Of a stretch of 64,000 nucleotides of DNA, positions 48,994 through 58,341 are shown one piece after another (the first letter of the stretch is position 1; every line of letters starts with the position of its first letter). The notes under the pieces were generated by a model, which saw nothing but the letters and a program-made list of their open reading frames with translations, made no database searches and was not told where the DNA came from. Both the position numbers and the translations under genes were made by a program. Source of the stretch: Patescibacteria group bacterium (GTDB lineage Bacteria > Patescibacteriota > Microgenomatia > UBA8517). The stretch spans positions 1,229 to 65,228 of the forward strand of contig DASVCV010000007.1 in NCBI GenBank assembly GCA_036381415.1, in the 5' to 3' direction.

Positions 48994-49317
48994 ATGAGCG
49001 ATAAAGAGAGAAAAGCTTCAGAAATTATAAATATTAATAAGTACGATAGTCTTTTTGGTGTTGGTGGAAAACCAGCAAACCAAGAAGCAATTGATATTGT
49101 TCTGGGAGAAAACCAAACAGAATCACAAAGTACCACACCAGAAGCCAAACCTACCCCAACAGAGGAAAAAATGCCGCCTACTCTAACAGATTTAAGGTTG
49201 CAGCAAACTCCCAAATTTGGATTTTCAAAAATAACTACAGAAGTTTCAGTAGGAGAAACATTTGCAAAAAGCAGTGAAGGAAAGAAGAAAAAGAAAAAAG
49301 GTTACTTCTCCCATTAG
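48994..49317 (+). CDS. Hypothetical protein with a lysine-rich C-terminal tail
   Basis: 107 aa ending in KKKKKKGYFSH. Confidence 0.4.
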   Translation: MSDKERKASEIININKYDSLFGVGGKPANQEAIDIVLGENQTESQSTTPEAKPTPTEEKMPPTLTDLRLQQTPKFGFSKITTEVSVGETFAKSSEGKKKKKKGYFSH

Positions 49318-50396
49318 ATAAACCTTATTTGCATCCCATCCTGAACACGGGTAGCTAAAGATACTTCCTGGGCTGCAAACTTAGCCCCTTTACCCCAAAT
49401 CTTTGCTTTAGATTTGCCCTCCATAAACTCAGTTCCAATTTTATTTGCAACATCTTCTAAACTAAATTCTTTCTTTACAACTATTGGATTATCAAAATTA
49501 ACTTCATCTTCAGGTCTTACTAAATAAACTGTAACAAATCCCAGCTTTTCCCATATTGTTTCTTTAATAGCATCTATTCCATCTCCCTTTTCTGCACTGA
49601 TTAAATGTATTCTTTTGTCTATCTTCTCCTTTTCTTTTGCCTTCATGGTATCTGCCTTATTTACAACATAAATTGCAGGTACATATATTCTGTTTTTAGA
49701 AAAAGCATCAATAAGCCTTTCAATTGTCAGCTTCTCATTTATTTTTATCTCTCCATTTTTAATTCCCAATTCTCTTGCCACTTCTTTAACAGTTTCTCTG
49801 TCCAAATCCTGCTTAATGTTTGAGTGGACTAAAAGCCCACCACCAAGCTTTTTCTCATACTTAATATCAGGTGGTGTTTTATTAATTCTAATTCCAGCAT
49901 TTTCTAGCTCTTTTACAAGTTTTTTAAGAAAATCTAATCTTTTGGGGTCTGTAATAAAAACAAGTAAATCAGCAGCTCTTGCTACTGATAACACTTCCTT
50001 TCCTCTTCCTTTTCCTTCCTGAGCTCCTTCAATAAGTCCAGGGACATCAAGTATCTGAATATATGCTTGCCTATATTTAAGCATACCTGGAATTACTGAA
50101 ACAGTTGTAAATGCATATGGAGCAACCTTGCTTTCAGCATTTGTAAGTTTATTTATTAAAGTAGATTTTCCTGCTGAAGGAGGTCCAATTAGTACAACCG
50201 TTGCATCTCCTTGCTTCTTAACAGCATAGCCTCCACCTCCTCCACCCCCCTTTTTAGCGTTACCCGCAACAATCTTATCTTTAAGCCTAGCAATACGTGC
50301 CCTTAGCATTCCAATATGATGCTCAGTACCTTTGTGGTAGGGAGTTTCTCTAATCTCCTTTTCAATATCTTCAATCTGGCGTGTAATTTCCTCCAT
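49314..50396 (-). CDS. DRG-family (developmentally regulated GTP-binding protein-like) GTPase with a C-terminal TGS domain
   Basis: N-terminal IEDIEKEIRETPYHKGTEHHIGMLRARIARLK matches the DRG signature helix. G1 GPPSAGKST, G3 DVPGLIEG, G4 NKAD. C-terminal TGS-like segment. Confidence 0.7.
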   Translation of the reverse strand: MEEITRQIEDIEKEIRETPYHKGTEHHIGMLRARIARLKDKIVAGNAKKGGGGGGGYAVKKQGDATVVLIGPPSAGKSTLINKLTNAESKVAPYAFTTVSVIPGMLKYRQAYIQILDVPGLIEGAQEGKGRGKEVLSVARAADLLVFITDPKRLDFLKKLVKELENAGIRINKTPPDIKYEKKLGGGLLVHSNIKQDLDRETVKEVARELGIKNGEIKINEKLTIERLIDAFSKNRIYVPAIYVVNKADTMKAKEKEKIDKRIHLISAEKGDGIDAIKETIWEKLGFVTVYLVRPEDEVNFDNPIVVKKEFSLEDVANKIGTEFMEGKSKAKIWGKGAKFAAQEVSLATRVQDGMQIRFI

Positions 50397-50442
50397 AAAT
50401 ACCCTTTAGTGTATAATTATACCTGAAATAAGGGTTAAATTC

Positions 50443-50514
50443 GCGCCTGTAGCTCAACGGATAGAGCAATTGTCTTCGGAACAATTTGTGAGGGTTCAAT
50501 TCCTTCCAGGCGCA
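50443..50514 (+). tRNA. tRNA-Arg (anticodon TCG)
   Basis: Acceptor GCGCCTG/CAGGCGC, D-arm GCTC/GAGC, anticodon loop CTTCGGA, T-arm GAGGG-TTCAATT-CCTTC. Confidence 0.75.
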
Positions 50515-50521
50515 CAGAAGT

Positions 50522-51079
50522 CTATATTCCTTTATCTTTAGGTTCCCTATTAAAAGCTACTGAAAGAAAAACTGCTCCAAATTTACCCAAACGTTTAATT
50601 CCTCTTAACTCATTAAAACTTGCTTTTCTAATATCCCCTACTGTTTCATATTGATAAACTAGTCCTGAATCGCTTGACCCAAAACAGCGAAGTGCAGCAT
50701 TAATAGAAGAAATAACTAAATGAGCATCGGAGGTATCTAAATCCAGTAAGTTAAGGAGTTTAAACCACTCAGGGTATTTTTCTTTTCCTATTGGAATTGG
50801 TCTAAAAACCCTTTCATATCTTTTGCTGGCAAGATCTTCTAATCTTGCATTGTCTTCAACTTTTCCTCCAAACCCATCTCTTATCTTTACTGCCAAATCA
50901 ATAACTTCCAATTCCCTATCTACATCGCGTTCCTGCTTACTTTTTTTATCTGTTGATTTAAGGCTATATGGGAGTTTTCCTTCTTCTAATAGGCGGTCAG
51001 CAACTTCACCAAGAGTTTCTGCAGCTTCTGGATGGGTAATTTTAAGTTCTTCTAAAAACTTGCCAAGTTCAACAGCCAT
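50522..51079 (-). CDS. Hypothetical protein
   Basis: 185-aa ORF with no recognizable motif. Confidence 0.45.
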   Translation of the reverse strand: MAVELGKFLEELKITHPEAAETLGEVADRLLEEGKLPYSLKSTDKKSKQERDVDRELEVIDLAVKIRDGFGGKVEDNARLEDLASKRYERVFRPIPIGKEKYPEWFKLLNLLDLDTSDAHLVISSINAALRCFGSSDSGLVYQYETVGDIRKASFNELRGIKRLGKFGAVFLSVAFNREPKDKGI

Positions 51080-51179
51080 GAGGGCTATTATAACAAAGAC
51101 AATTTAAAATTAAATACCTAAACCTCATCCTTGACAGAATAGACTATCTAAGTGTTATCCTATCAAGGGTTAGTAATTA

Positions 51180-51572
51180 ATGGCTGTTGAAAATAGTTTA
51201 GGTAAAATAGAATCTTTTCAATCTTCTAGTTCGTTAACACCCACTTTAACCAAAGAAACTACTGTAGAAGGAAGCAAAGACAATGACGTTTGGATAAGTA
51301 ACAGGTTGCTAAATATGGTTAGAATAGTTCTTCCCACTTCTCTCCAAAACACTCTTTTCCCACATCCTAAAAATGGTGAGCTCTATTTGGGATTTGATAG
51401 TAAAGGAAAGAATGAATTTTTTCTTTACAAAGGTGATCCTAATAATCAGCTGGAAAAAGACAAGTTTGCCCAAAAGCACGGTGAAAGGTGGAGTGAACCG
51501 CTTAATGGATGGGTAGCTAAAAAAGAAGTACCTCCTTTAGCCAAAAGAATAATAAATTTTATTATTGACTAA
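51180..51572 (+). CDS. Hypothetical protein
   Basis: 130-aa ORF with no recognizable motif. Confidence 0.4.
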   Translation: MAVENSLGKIESFQSSSSLTPTLTKETTVEGSKDNDVWISNRLLNMVRIVLPTSLQNTLFPHPKNGELYLGFDSKGKNEFFLYKGDPNNQLEKDKFAQKHGERWSEPLNGWVAKKEVPPLAKRIINFIID

Positions 51573-52791
51573 AATTAATAAATCTTTCCAGGTTGTTAAC
51601 AGCACCATATGCTCTTGCTTCTTCAATTGTCACACTTGTTACAAAATTTCTTGGATCTATCCCCAAACACCTCATTAACTCTGGTGTGACCCTCTTAGAT
51701 CTTTCAGTAATATCTTCATTTGTTAGTCCAAAGCTACTTAGCTCTTTGTCAGAATCAGAATGTGCCTGGGATGGAGCCAATCTGTTAGCTGACCAATTCC
51801 ACCATGTACATGCTGAGTCTGCCGCCTCACCATATACTACTTTCCTTAACTCTAGGTATGCTGGATCAACTGAAGCTTGTGGTACATCCATAAATGGAGG
51901 ACATGCATAAAAATCTGGCTCTTTTGCATGAAGAATAGAAGAAGATGTAAATATTGTTGTTTTAACTCCCTGTGCTGCTGCAATCTGAGAAATAACTACT
52001 GCCCCTTCAAGGGTAGCAAGAGGGGCAAATACTACCAAATCTGTTAGGTGATGGTCTCCTCCATTTAACTTTCCAATCTCTGCTAGATGAGAATTAAAAG
52101 ATTCAACTATTTGCATCCCGGAAGCATATAAGTCGCATATTGCAATTACTTTGCATTTTTCTGCATCAAGACCTTCTGCCTTTAAATTCCCTGCCTGTGC
52201 TATTCTATGAAAAACATTTTTCGGATCATCATCAAAAATATGCTCAATTTTTTGTTCAGTGGTATTTACACTCATTCCAGTTAAGAGATATATAGCTTCC
52301 TGCAAGTTAACATTGGGGTTTCTAATTATGTCTGTGATAAAAATTTCTTTTTCTAAATCAGAAGGCAATATATTTATAAAATCTAATGTCTGAACTAGTT
52401 GCCTAGTTAGTTCTCTAATGTTTCTTTGCATAGGGACTCCATGGTCCATTCTTGGAGTTATAAAACCAATACTTCCATCCTCGCGAACCTTCCATCTTCC
52501 ATGAATCATGGCATTGGCCTCAGGAGTATTTACGCAAACTATTCTTGGACTTTCAATTCCTTCAGGAAAGCCGGGAATATTTAAAGTTGCAACCATTTCA
52601 GTAGATCGAAATATCTTCTCATCTTTCCCTCTTAATTTGAAAAAATTTCTGTCTCTTGATACTTCTAAATCACGATAGAAGAATGGCCCAGAAGATATTT
52701 CCATAATTTTAGGCAAATCCTCATTTCCAAATTTTCCTTCTGAAACAGTTTTAAAATCTTTTGTCCTAGCTGTTTTTATTTCAACACTCAT
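51562..52791 (-). CDS. Hypothetical protein with a possible phosphoribosyltransferase-like motif
   Basis: 409 aa. KVIAICDLYASGMQIV weakly resembles a PRPP-binding loop. Otherwise unrecognized. Confidence 0.45.
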   Translation of the reverse strand: MSVEIKTARTKDFKTVSEGKFGNEDLPKIMEISSGPFFYRDLEVSRDRNFFKLRGKDEKIFRSTEMVATLNIPGFPEGIESPRIVCVNTPEANAMIHGRWKVREDGSIGFITPRMDHGVPMQRNIRELTRQLVQTLDFINILPSDLEKEIFITDIIRNPNVNLQEAIYLLTGMSVNTTEQKIEHIFDDDPKNVFHRIAQAGNLKAEGLDAEKCKVIAICDLYASGMQIVESFNSHLAEIGKLNGGDHHLTDLVVFAPLATLEGAVVISQIAAAQGVKTTIFTSSSILHAKEPDFYACPPFMDVPQASVDPAYLELRKVVYGEAADSACTWWNWSANRLAPSQAHSDSDKELSSFGLTNEDITERSKRVTPELMRCLGIDPRNFVTSVTIEEARAYGAVNNLERFINFSQ

Positions 52792-52899
52792 TTATGCCCC
52801 TTAACAAAGGAGATTAATATACACAATAACCCCTTGTCAACAACTCATCCTTGACAGATCTATTGACTAGTGTGTTAATGTAACAAGGGCAATTACTTA

Positions 52900-54660
52900 A
52901 TGAAGTATATTTTTGTTTCTGGTGGAGTTGTATCAGGCCTTGGCAAAGGTGTAACAACTGCCTCTCTTGCTTTTCTTCTCAAATCACGCGGTTTCAGAGT
53001 CACTCCAGTTAAAATTGATATGTATCTAAATGTGGATGCAGGAACTATTCGTCCCCAGGAACATGGTGAAGTTTTTGTAACACATGATGGAATAGAATCG
53101 GATGAGGATTTAGGTCACTATGAAAGGTTCTTGCACGAAAATCTCACAAGAACAAACTACATTACAACCGGCCAGATCTATCAGGAAGTAATTAGAAAAG
53201 AAAGAGCTTTTGAATACCAAGGAGAAGATGTTGAGGCAATTCCCCATGTAACTGATGAAATAATTAGAAGAATTAGACTGGCAGGAGAAACAAATAAATC
53301 AGAAATAATTATTGTGGAGTTGGGAGGAACTGTAGGTGAATATCAAAATGGCATTTTCTATGAAGCCTCCCGCATACTTCATTTAAAAGAACCAAGAAAT
53401 GTAATCCATGTTCATGTTACTTATCTTCCCTATCTTCCTCATATTGGAGAACTAAAAAGTAAGCCAGCTCAAACAAGTGTCAGAATTTTAAATGGGATGG
53501 GAATTCAACCAGATATTATGGTTGCAAGATCTGAAAATAAAATTGACAAAAGAAGGCTTGAGCGTCTAGCTCTTTTTTGCAATATGAAGCCAAACTGTAT
53601 TTTCTCAGCCCCTAATTTAGATACTATTTACCAGGTACCTCTCCTTTTCCATAAACCCCAGCAGCATCTTGCAACAACCTGCCTTAATCTCTTAAGTCTT
53701 AAAAGCAATCACCACAGAAATCTTTCTTCTTGGCAAAAAATGGCAAACAGATCTCTTAAAAAATGGAAGGATAAATTAAAAATTGCAATGGTAGGCAAAT
53801 ATTTTGCAACAGGAGACTATAAGCTGGTTGACTCATATGTTTCAGTTGTAGAAGCAGTAAGGCATGCCTCCTGGTTTTTGGGTGTTGAACCAGTTTTTGA
53901 GTGGATTGACAGTGAAGAAATAGAGAAAAAAGGAACAGATATGTTAAGAGAATTTGATGGAATAGTAGTTCCCCAAGGATGGGGCTCAAGAGGAACAGAA
54001 GGAAAAATAAAAGCAGCAAGGTTCGCTAGAGAAAACAAAATACCATATCTTGGACTTTGTTTTGGAATGCAAATGGCGACCATTGAATTTGCACGAAATG
54101 TCCTTAAATTAAAAGATGCAAACACAACAGAAGCAAATCCCAAAACTTCTCATCCTGTAATTCATATCATGCCAAATCAGCAGGAATACCTTGCTAAAAA
54201 ACAATATGGAGGAACAATTAGATTGGGAGCTTGGCCATGTGCAATTAAAAAAGGAACAATTCTTGAAAAATCATACCTTAAATATGGGGACGAAAAAGAA
54301 GCTCCTTGGAATAAACCAAGAAACAAAGATGATTCCTATCCATCCAAAAAGAATCTGGTTATTTTTGAAAGACACAGACATAGATATGAGTTTAATAATA
54401 AATTTAAAGAAAAATATGAAAAAGCAGGGTTTGTTTTTTCAGGTACTTCCCCAGATGGAAAACTAGTTGAAGCAATTGAACTTAAAGATCACCCATTCTT
54501 TGTAGGTACCCAGTATCATCCAGAATATATAAGCAGGCCTCTTACCCCTCATCCAATATTTGTTTCTTTCATGCAAACAATGTTGAGCCTAAAAAAAATG
54601 AAAAATAAAGAAGCAAACAATAGCAACACAAAAACAAAAATTGAATTCGCAGTTAATTAA
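52900..54660 (+). CDS. pyrG: CTP synthase
   Basis: N-terminal VSGGVVSGLGKG. Glutamine amidotransferase GLCFGMQ with the catalytic Cys, and His/Glu region (HRHRYE). Confidence 0.9.
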   Translation: MKYIFVSGGVVSGLGKGVTTASLAFLLKSRGFRVTPVKIDMYLNVDAGTIRPQEHGEVFVTHDGIESDEDLGHYERFLHENLTRTNYITTGQIYQEVIRKERAFEYQGEDVEAIPHVTDEIIRRIRLAGETNKSEIIIVELGGTVGEYQNGIFYEASRILHLKEPRNVIHVHVTYLPYLPHIGELKSKPAQTSVRILNGMGIQPDIMVARSENKIDKRRLERLALFCNMKPNCIFSAPNLDTIYQVPLLFHKPQQHLATTCLNLLSLKSNHHRNLSSWQKMANRSLKKWKDKLKIAMVGKYFATGDYKLVDSYVSVVEAVRHASWFLGVEPVFEWIDSEEIEKKGTDMLREFDGIVVPQGWGSRGTEGKIKAARFARENKIPYLGLCFGMQMATIEFARNVLKLKDANTTEANPKTSHPVIHIMPNQQEYLAKKQYGGTIRLGAWPCAIKKGTILEKSYLKYGDEKEAPWNKPRNKDDSYPSKKNLVIFERHRHRYEFNNKFKEKYEKAGFVFSGTSPDGKLVEAIELKDHPFFVGTQYHPEYISRPLTPHPIFVSFMQTMLSLKKMKNKEANNSNTKTKIEFAVN

Positions 54661-54746
54661 AATTAAATTCAATTTATTATTCCTCTAGCCCTAAACCACC
54701 CTCCTCTTGGCCATACACATAGGCACATGGTAAAATACTGCTATAC

Positions 54747-54831
54747 GCCGAGGTGGTGGAATGGTAGACACGCGGGCCTTAAGAGCCCGTGCAGCAATAG
54801 CTGCGTGGAGGTTCGAGTCCTCTCCTCGGCA
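54747..54831 (+). tRNA. tRNA-Leu (anticodon TAA)
   Basis: Type II tRNA. D-arm GTG-GAATGGTAGA-CAC, anticodon loop CTTAAGA, 17-nt variable arm. Confidence 0.8.
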
Positions 54832-54842
54832 CAAGAACTTTC

Positions 54843-54915
54843 CGGGGTATGGCTCAGCTGGTAGAGCGCCTCGTTTGGGACGAGGAGGTCGCCCGTTCGA
54901 ATCGGGCTACCCCGA
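54843..54915 (+). tRNA. tRNA-Pro (anticodon TGG)
   Basis: C1:G72 acceptor CGGGGTA/TACCCCG, anticodon loop TTTGGGA, T-arm GCCCG-TTCGAAT-CGGGC. Confidence 0.8.
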
Positions 54916-54943
54916 CACAACTTTTGGTATAATACTCAAAGAA

Positions 54944-55014
54944 GCGGGTATGGTTTAATGGTAGAACAAGAGATTTCCAATCTCTTTGTGGGAGTTCGAT
55001 TCTCCCTACCCGCT
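54944..55014 (+). tRNA. tRNA-Gly (anticodon TCC)
   Basis: Acceptor GCGGGTA/TACCCGC, anticodon loop TTTCCAA, discriminator U. Confidence 0.8.
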
Positions 55015-55148
55015 CAGAAAGAAAGTCAGCGGGTCGCGCTCGGAAATGGGGCGAGCGCGAAGTTTCCGAATACACCGTATCGAAGCCCGGATTGTAATTT
55101 GGGGAGATATGACGCCTTTAAAAGAAAAAACTCGAAACGTAAAATTTT

Positions 55149-55185
55149 GATCCCGCCTCGCGGGATCCGCGTTATATTTTTATCC
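55149..55185 (+). terminator. Intrinsic terminator after the tRNA trio
   Basis: gatcccgc-ctc-gcgggatc perfect 8-bp hairpin followed by a T-rich tract. Confidence 0.5.
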
Positions 55186-55248
55186 TAGCTCGTGAAGTGT
55201 TTTCTTCAACTACCACTCTTTATATAAAACTAGGAGAATCAAATAAAC

Positions 55249-56364
55249 TCAAGGGTAGCTCAAAACATTTTTCAGTCTTGGATACAAGATAACATCTTTA
55301 ATGTCATCCCTACAAAGAGCCCATGCAATAAATCTTTCTACTCCAAGTCCAAATCCGGAAGTGGTCTTATAATTAGGGAGCCTTCTTAGGTTTATGTACC
55401 ATTCATACGGTTTTGAATCTAATCCCTGTCTTCTCAATGATTCATACATCTCTTCAGGATTGTTTTGTCTCTGTCCACTTCCAACAATTTCTCCACCAAA
55501 TGAACTATCTACAATTGCCGGAAATAACAAATCTGCATTTATGGCTTTATTTTCATTGTTACTGTCAGGACTCTGATAAAAAGGAACTCTGTCTCTGTCA
55601 AAACTTTTAATCCAAATCGGAGTGCCTGTTTTTAACAATTCCATTAGTTTAAGTTCACCTCTACTCGTCACATCTGAACCGTGTTCCGTTTTATTTACAA
55701 ATTCTCCAAAGCCAGCATCCTCAAGAAGTTTAATAGCTTCATCTAAAGATATTTCTTTAAGTTTGTCCGCTTTCGATAAGTCATTGAGTTTTTTAAATGA
55801 AACCTTAGAATTTGTTGTTAATAAGTCCAATATATTTGGCATTAACAAAAGTGTTTCTGAAAGAAACTTTACATAACCTTCTATTTGCGGTCTCAAATCC
55901 TTCAATTCCCCAACAATTTCGGCTTCGCAATGAAAAAATTGATTGAGATGTCTTTTATTAGGATCTTCCCCTCTCATTGAAGGTAAATAACAATATAATT
56001 TCTTGATGTTATTTAAAAGTATTGGCTCAAAACCAAATTGAGATGAATCTACCAAAAATGTATCAAGTTCTCCTAGTTTAAGACGCACCGCTTCTGAATC
56101 AGAACCAGGACCCATTGGCGAAGAAACGCTAGATGTTAACATGAATAAATCCACATTGTAGGCAGCTTGCATTTCTCCCCAATAAACATCTGATGCCAAT
56201 TTTATAAAATGTCTTAACACAACTAGAGCTTGGTAATAACCAGCCTTCGCAATATCTAAAGAATAAGTATCTTTATTATATTCAGGCAAGACGTAGTCAT
56301 CTTTATTTTTATCTGCAAATAAAGCGTCAGCTTCTTGTATTTTATTTTTTAAATCTGTTTTCAT
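55249..56364 (-). CDS. AsnRS-derived class II aminoacyl-tRNA-synthetase catalytic core lacking the anticodon-binding domain (AsnA/AS-AR-like or novel amino-acid ligase)
   Basis: SMRGEDPNKRHLNQFFHCEAEIVGE aligns to AsnRS motif 2 ([21 protein letters not shown]). GGEIVGSGQRQ aligns to GGEIIGGSQRE. Motif 3 is GFGLGVERFIAWAL..DIKDVILYPR. No N-terminal OB fold. Confidence 0.7.
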   Translation of the reverse strand: MKTDLKNKIQEADALFADKNKDDYVLPEYNKDTYSLDIAKAGYYQALVVLRHFIKLASDVYWGEMQAAYNVDLFMLTSSVSSPMGPGSDSEAVRLKLGELDTFLVDSSQFGFEPILLNNIKKLYCYLPSMRGEDPNKRHLNQFFHCEAEIVGELKDLRPQIEGYVKFLSETLLLMPNILDLLTTNSKVSFKKLNDLSKADKLKEISLDEAIKLLEDAGFGEFVNKTEHGSDVTSRGELKLMELLKTGTPIWIKSFDRDRVPFYQSPDSNNENKAINADLLFPAIVDSSFGGEIVGSGQRQNNPEEMYESLRRQGLDSKPYEWYINLRRLPNYKTTSGFGLGVERFIAWALCRDDIKDVILYPRLKNVLSYP

Positions 56365-56366
56365 AT

Positions 56367-57194
56367 TTATTTCTTTAAGAAAAATTCCTTTTCTTCAGGA
56401 TAGATGTTCTTTCTAAATAGAGCGACAAAATAAGACAGATATTTGTTATTTTCCATGAAAGCACCCATATATCCGAGCCATTTATCGTAAATTTCTTTTT
56501 TAATATCATCATCTAATTTAGCAATATGCGGTTTCTTTAAAAATAGATTTACGTAATTTTCCAAGTCTTTCTTGGTTCTATCCTCGAATTTAAATTCTTC
56601 AAAATAATACAATTCATAATCACTATTGGTGTTAAAGATCTTAAGCCAATCCTGCTTATTTAGATATTTTATTTTTGCATTAATAATCTTACTTACAGAA
56701 TTCATTACCTCTATTGGTGGCTTTTGGCTATAAAACAATTGGGTAACAGCTAAAAATCCCCATGGTTTTAAAACTCTGAAATATTCGCTTACGGCTTTGT
56801 TTTTATTGTCCATGAACGAAGTAGCGCCACCACACATTACTAAATCAAAGAAGTTGTCTTTAAAAGGGATGTTATATGCTGATCCAACTTTAAAACCTAC
56901 TCTTTTCTTTACATCTTCTGTGTCCTTGTTAAGGGTATTAATAGATTCATTTACACAGCTTTCTGAAATATCTATCCCGTAAACTTTAGATTTTGTGATA
57001 TGAGCGAATTCTAAAGAATTAAATCCGGTATTCGAACCCACATCTAATATTCTGGAGTTTTCGCCCAAAAAACTATTTTGCACAATTCTTCTAATTGAAT
57101 CCTTACCTCCAGGGCATCTATTTGTTTCTTTAATAAACGAAATAAAATCAGTATAAGACAAGGATTTTATGTACTCCGTTGTTATTTTGTTCAT
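56367..57194 (-). CDS. Class I SAM-dependent methyltransferase
   Basis: Motif I ILDVGSNTGFNS, acidic motif II YGIDISE, motif III LVMCGG. Confidence 0.7.
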   Translation of the reverse strand: MNKITTEYIKSLSYTDFISFIKETNRCPGGKDSIRRIVQNSFLGENSRILDVGSNTGFNSLEFAHITKSKVYGIDISESCVNESINTLNKDTEDVKKRVGFKVGSAYNIPFKDNFFDLVMCGGATSFMDNKNKAVSEYFRVLKPWGFLAVTQLFYSQKPPIEVMNSVSKIINAKIKYLNKQDWLKIFNTNSDYELYYFEEFKFEDRTKKDLENYVNLFLKKPHIAKLDDDIKKEIYDKWLGYMGAFMENNKYLSYFVALFRKNIYPEEKEFFLKK

Positions 57195-57267
57195 ATAACT
57201 CTTTCGTGGATATTATTATCTCACAAACCCATCATAAGCCCAAATTTAGGGCAATAGGGACATTTAT

Positions 57268-57276
57268 TGATATAAT
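57268..57276 (+). promoter_or_regulatory. Extended -10 promoter (TGATATAAT) 8 nt upstream of the kinase ATG (near-leaderless)
   Basis: Same TTGATATAAT element as upstream of tRNA-Leu(TAG). Confidence 0.35.
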
Positions 57277-57284
57277 ATCTGACA

Positions 57285-58325
57285 ATGGCGAATCTAAACA
57301 AACATGACGTTCTGTTTTTGAGCTCAAATAAGTATAAGAGTCTGGCGGTTCTTATTGAAAAAAGTTATGACTTAAAAATAGATTCTGTGGAATTTCCTTC
57401 ATTTATTTCTTTCACATCACGAAAAGCAATAATTCACACCAATAAAGGCATTTTCTTCCTCAAAGAAAAACCACAATATTCTGATGATAAATTATCAAGA
57501 GAGAAATCCGCTAGTTTCCAAAAATACGCAAGCACAAAACTAGATATTGTGCCTAAAATTTTAACCACAGTAAGTGGTCAAGACTACATCCTATGGAAAA
57601 AACGATATTTTTTCTTAACTGAATATAAGGAAGGCAGAACATATAACGGATCCGATTCTGACGTTAAAGCCATGTTAATCGCCTTACAAAAGCTAAACAA
57701 TTGTGGAAAAGATTTTGTTAGTGAAAAAGATATTTCCCAAAATATAATAAAGAAAATTGAATCTTACGAAGTCGCCTCACTTGTTCCTTTAATCGAGAAA
57801 TACATTAAATCTGATTCTGAAAAGGAAACTTATCAGCGCATACTGAAGCTTTTTGAAAAATTGAAATCTGAATATCTTGAAATTCCAAAATCAGAATATC
57901 TGATGAGCCATTCTGACTTCATTGTGTTTAATTTAATTTTTAAAAACGACAAAGTTTTGGCGATAAACGATTTTGATAATGCAAAATGTTTACCAAAGAT
58001 TCATGACTTGGCAGAATTTTTAGTTTCAGCAACCTTGCTTAATTACAATGGTTCGGTTACCAATATGAAATTGCCAGTATTACTTAATCCCGATAAGAGT
58101 AAGTTCCAAATTATTACTAAATCTTACGCAAATGATTTCTCATTAAATAAGTCCGATTTTAAACTTTTGGCTGTAGTTGCAGAAATCGTTTGGGCTTGGA
58201 CGCTTTGTCTATCAATTCTAAAAGAAGACTATACGATTTCTGATTTAAGTCCTGTTATAAGTTTACTAGAAAAGAATTATCTGTCAGGCTTAATCCGTCA
58301 AAACTTTGAACTTGAGTCGTTTTAG
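57285..58325 (+). CDS. APH/ChoK-fold small-molecule kinase (paralog 1)
   Basis: Catalytic loop HSDFIVFNL (HxDxxxxN) and a NDFDNAK metal-binding motif. Confidence 0.65.
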   Translation: MANLNKHDVLFLSSNKYKSLAVLIEKSYDLKIDSVEFPSFISFTSRKAIIHTNKGIFFLKEKPQYSDDKLSREKSASFQKYASTKLDIVPKILTTVSGQDYILWKKRYFFLTEYKEGRTYNGSDSDVKAMLIALQKLNNCGKDFVSEKDISQNIIKKIESYEVASLVPLIEKYIKSDSEKETYQRILKLFEKLKSEYLEIPKSEYLMSHSDFIVFNLIFKNDKVLAINDFDNAKCLPKIHDLAEFLVSATLLNYNGSVTNMKLPVLLNPDKSKFQIITKSYANDFSLNKSDFKLLAVVAEIVWAWTLCLSILKEDYTISDLSPVISLLEKNYLSGLIRQNFELESF

Positions 58326-58341
58326 ACTATAATCACTAAAT

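Noticed and set aside
54761-55188. Track ORFs 54761-54958 (+), 54854-55075 (-) and 54958-55188 (+)
   Set aside because: They overlap three well-folded tRNA genes and a hairpin-rich spacer. The translations are R/G/A-rich because of the GC-rich tRNA sequence.
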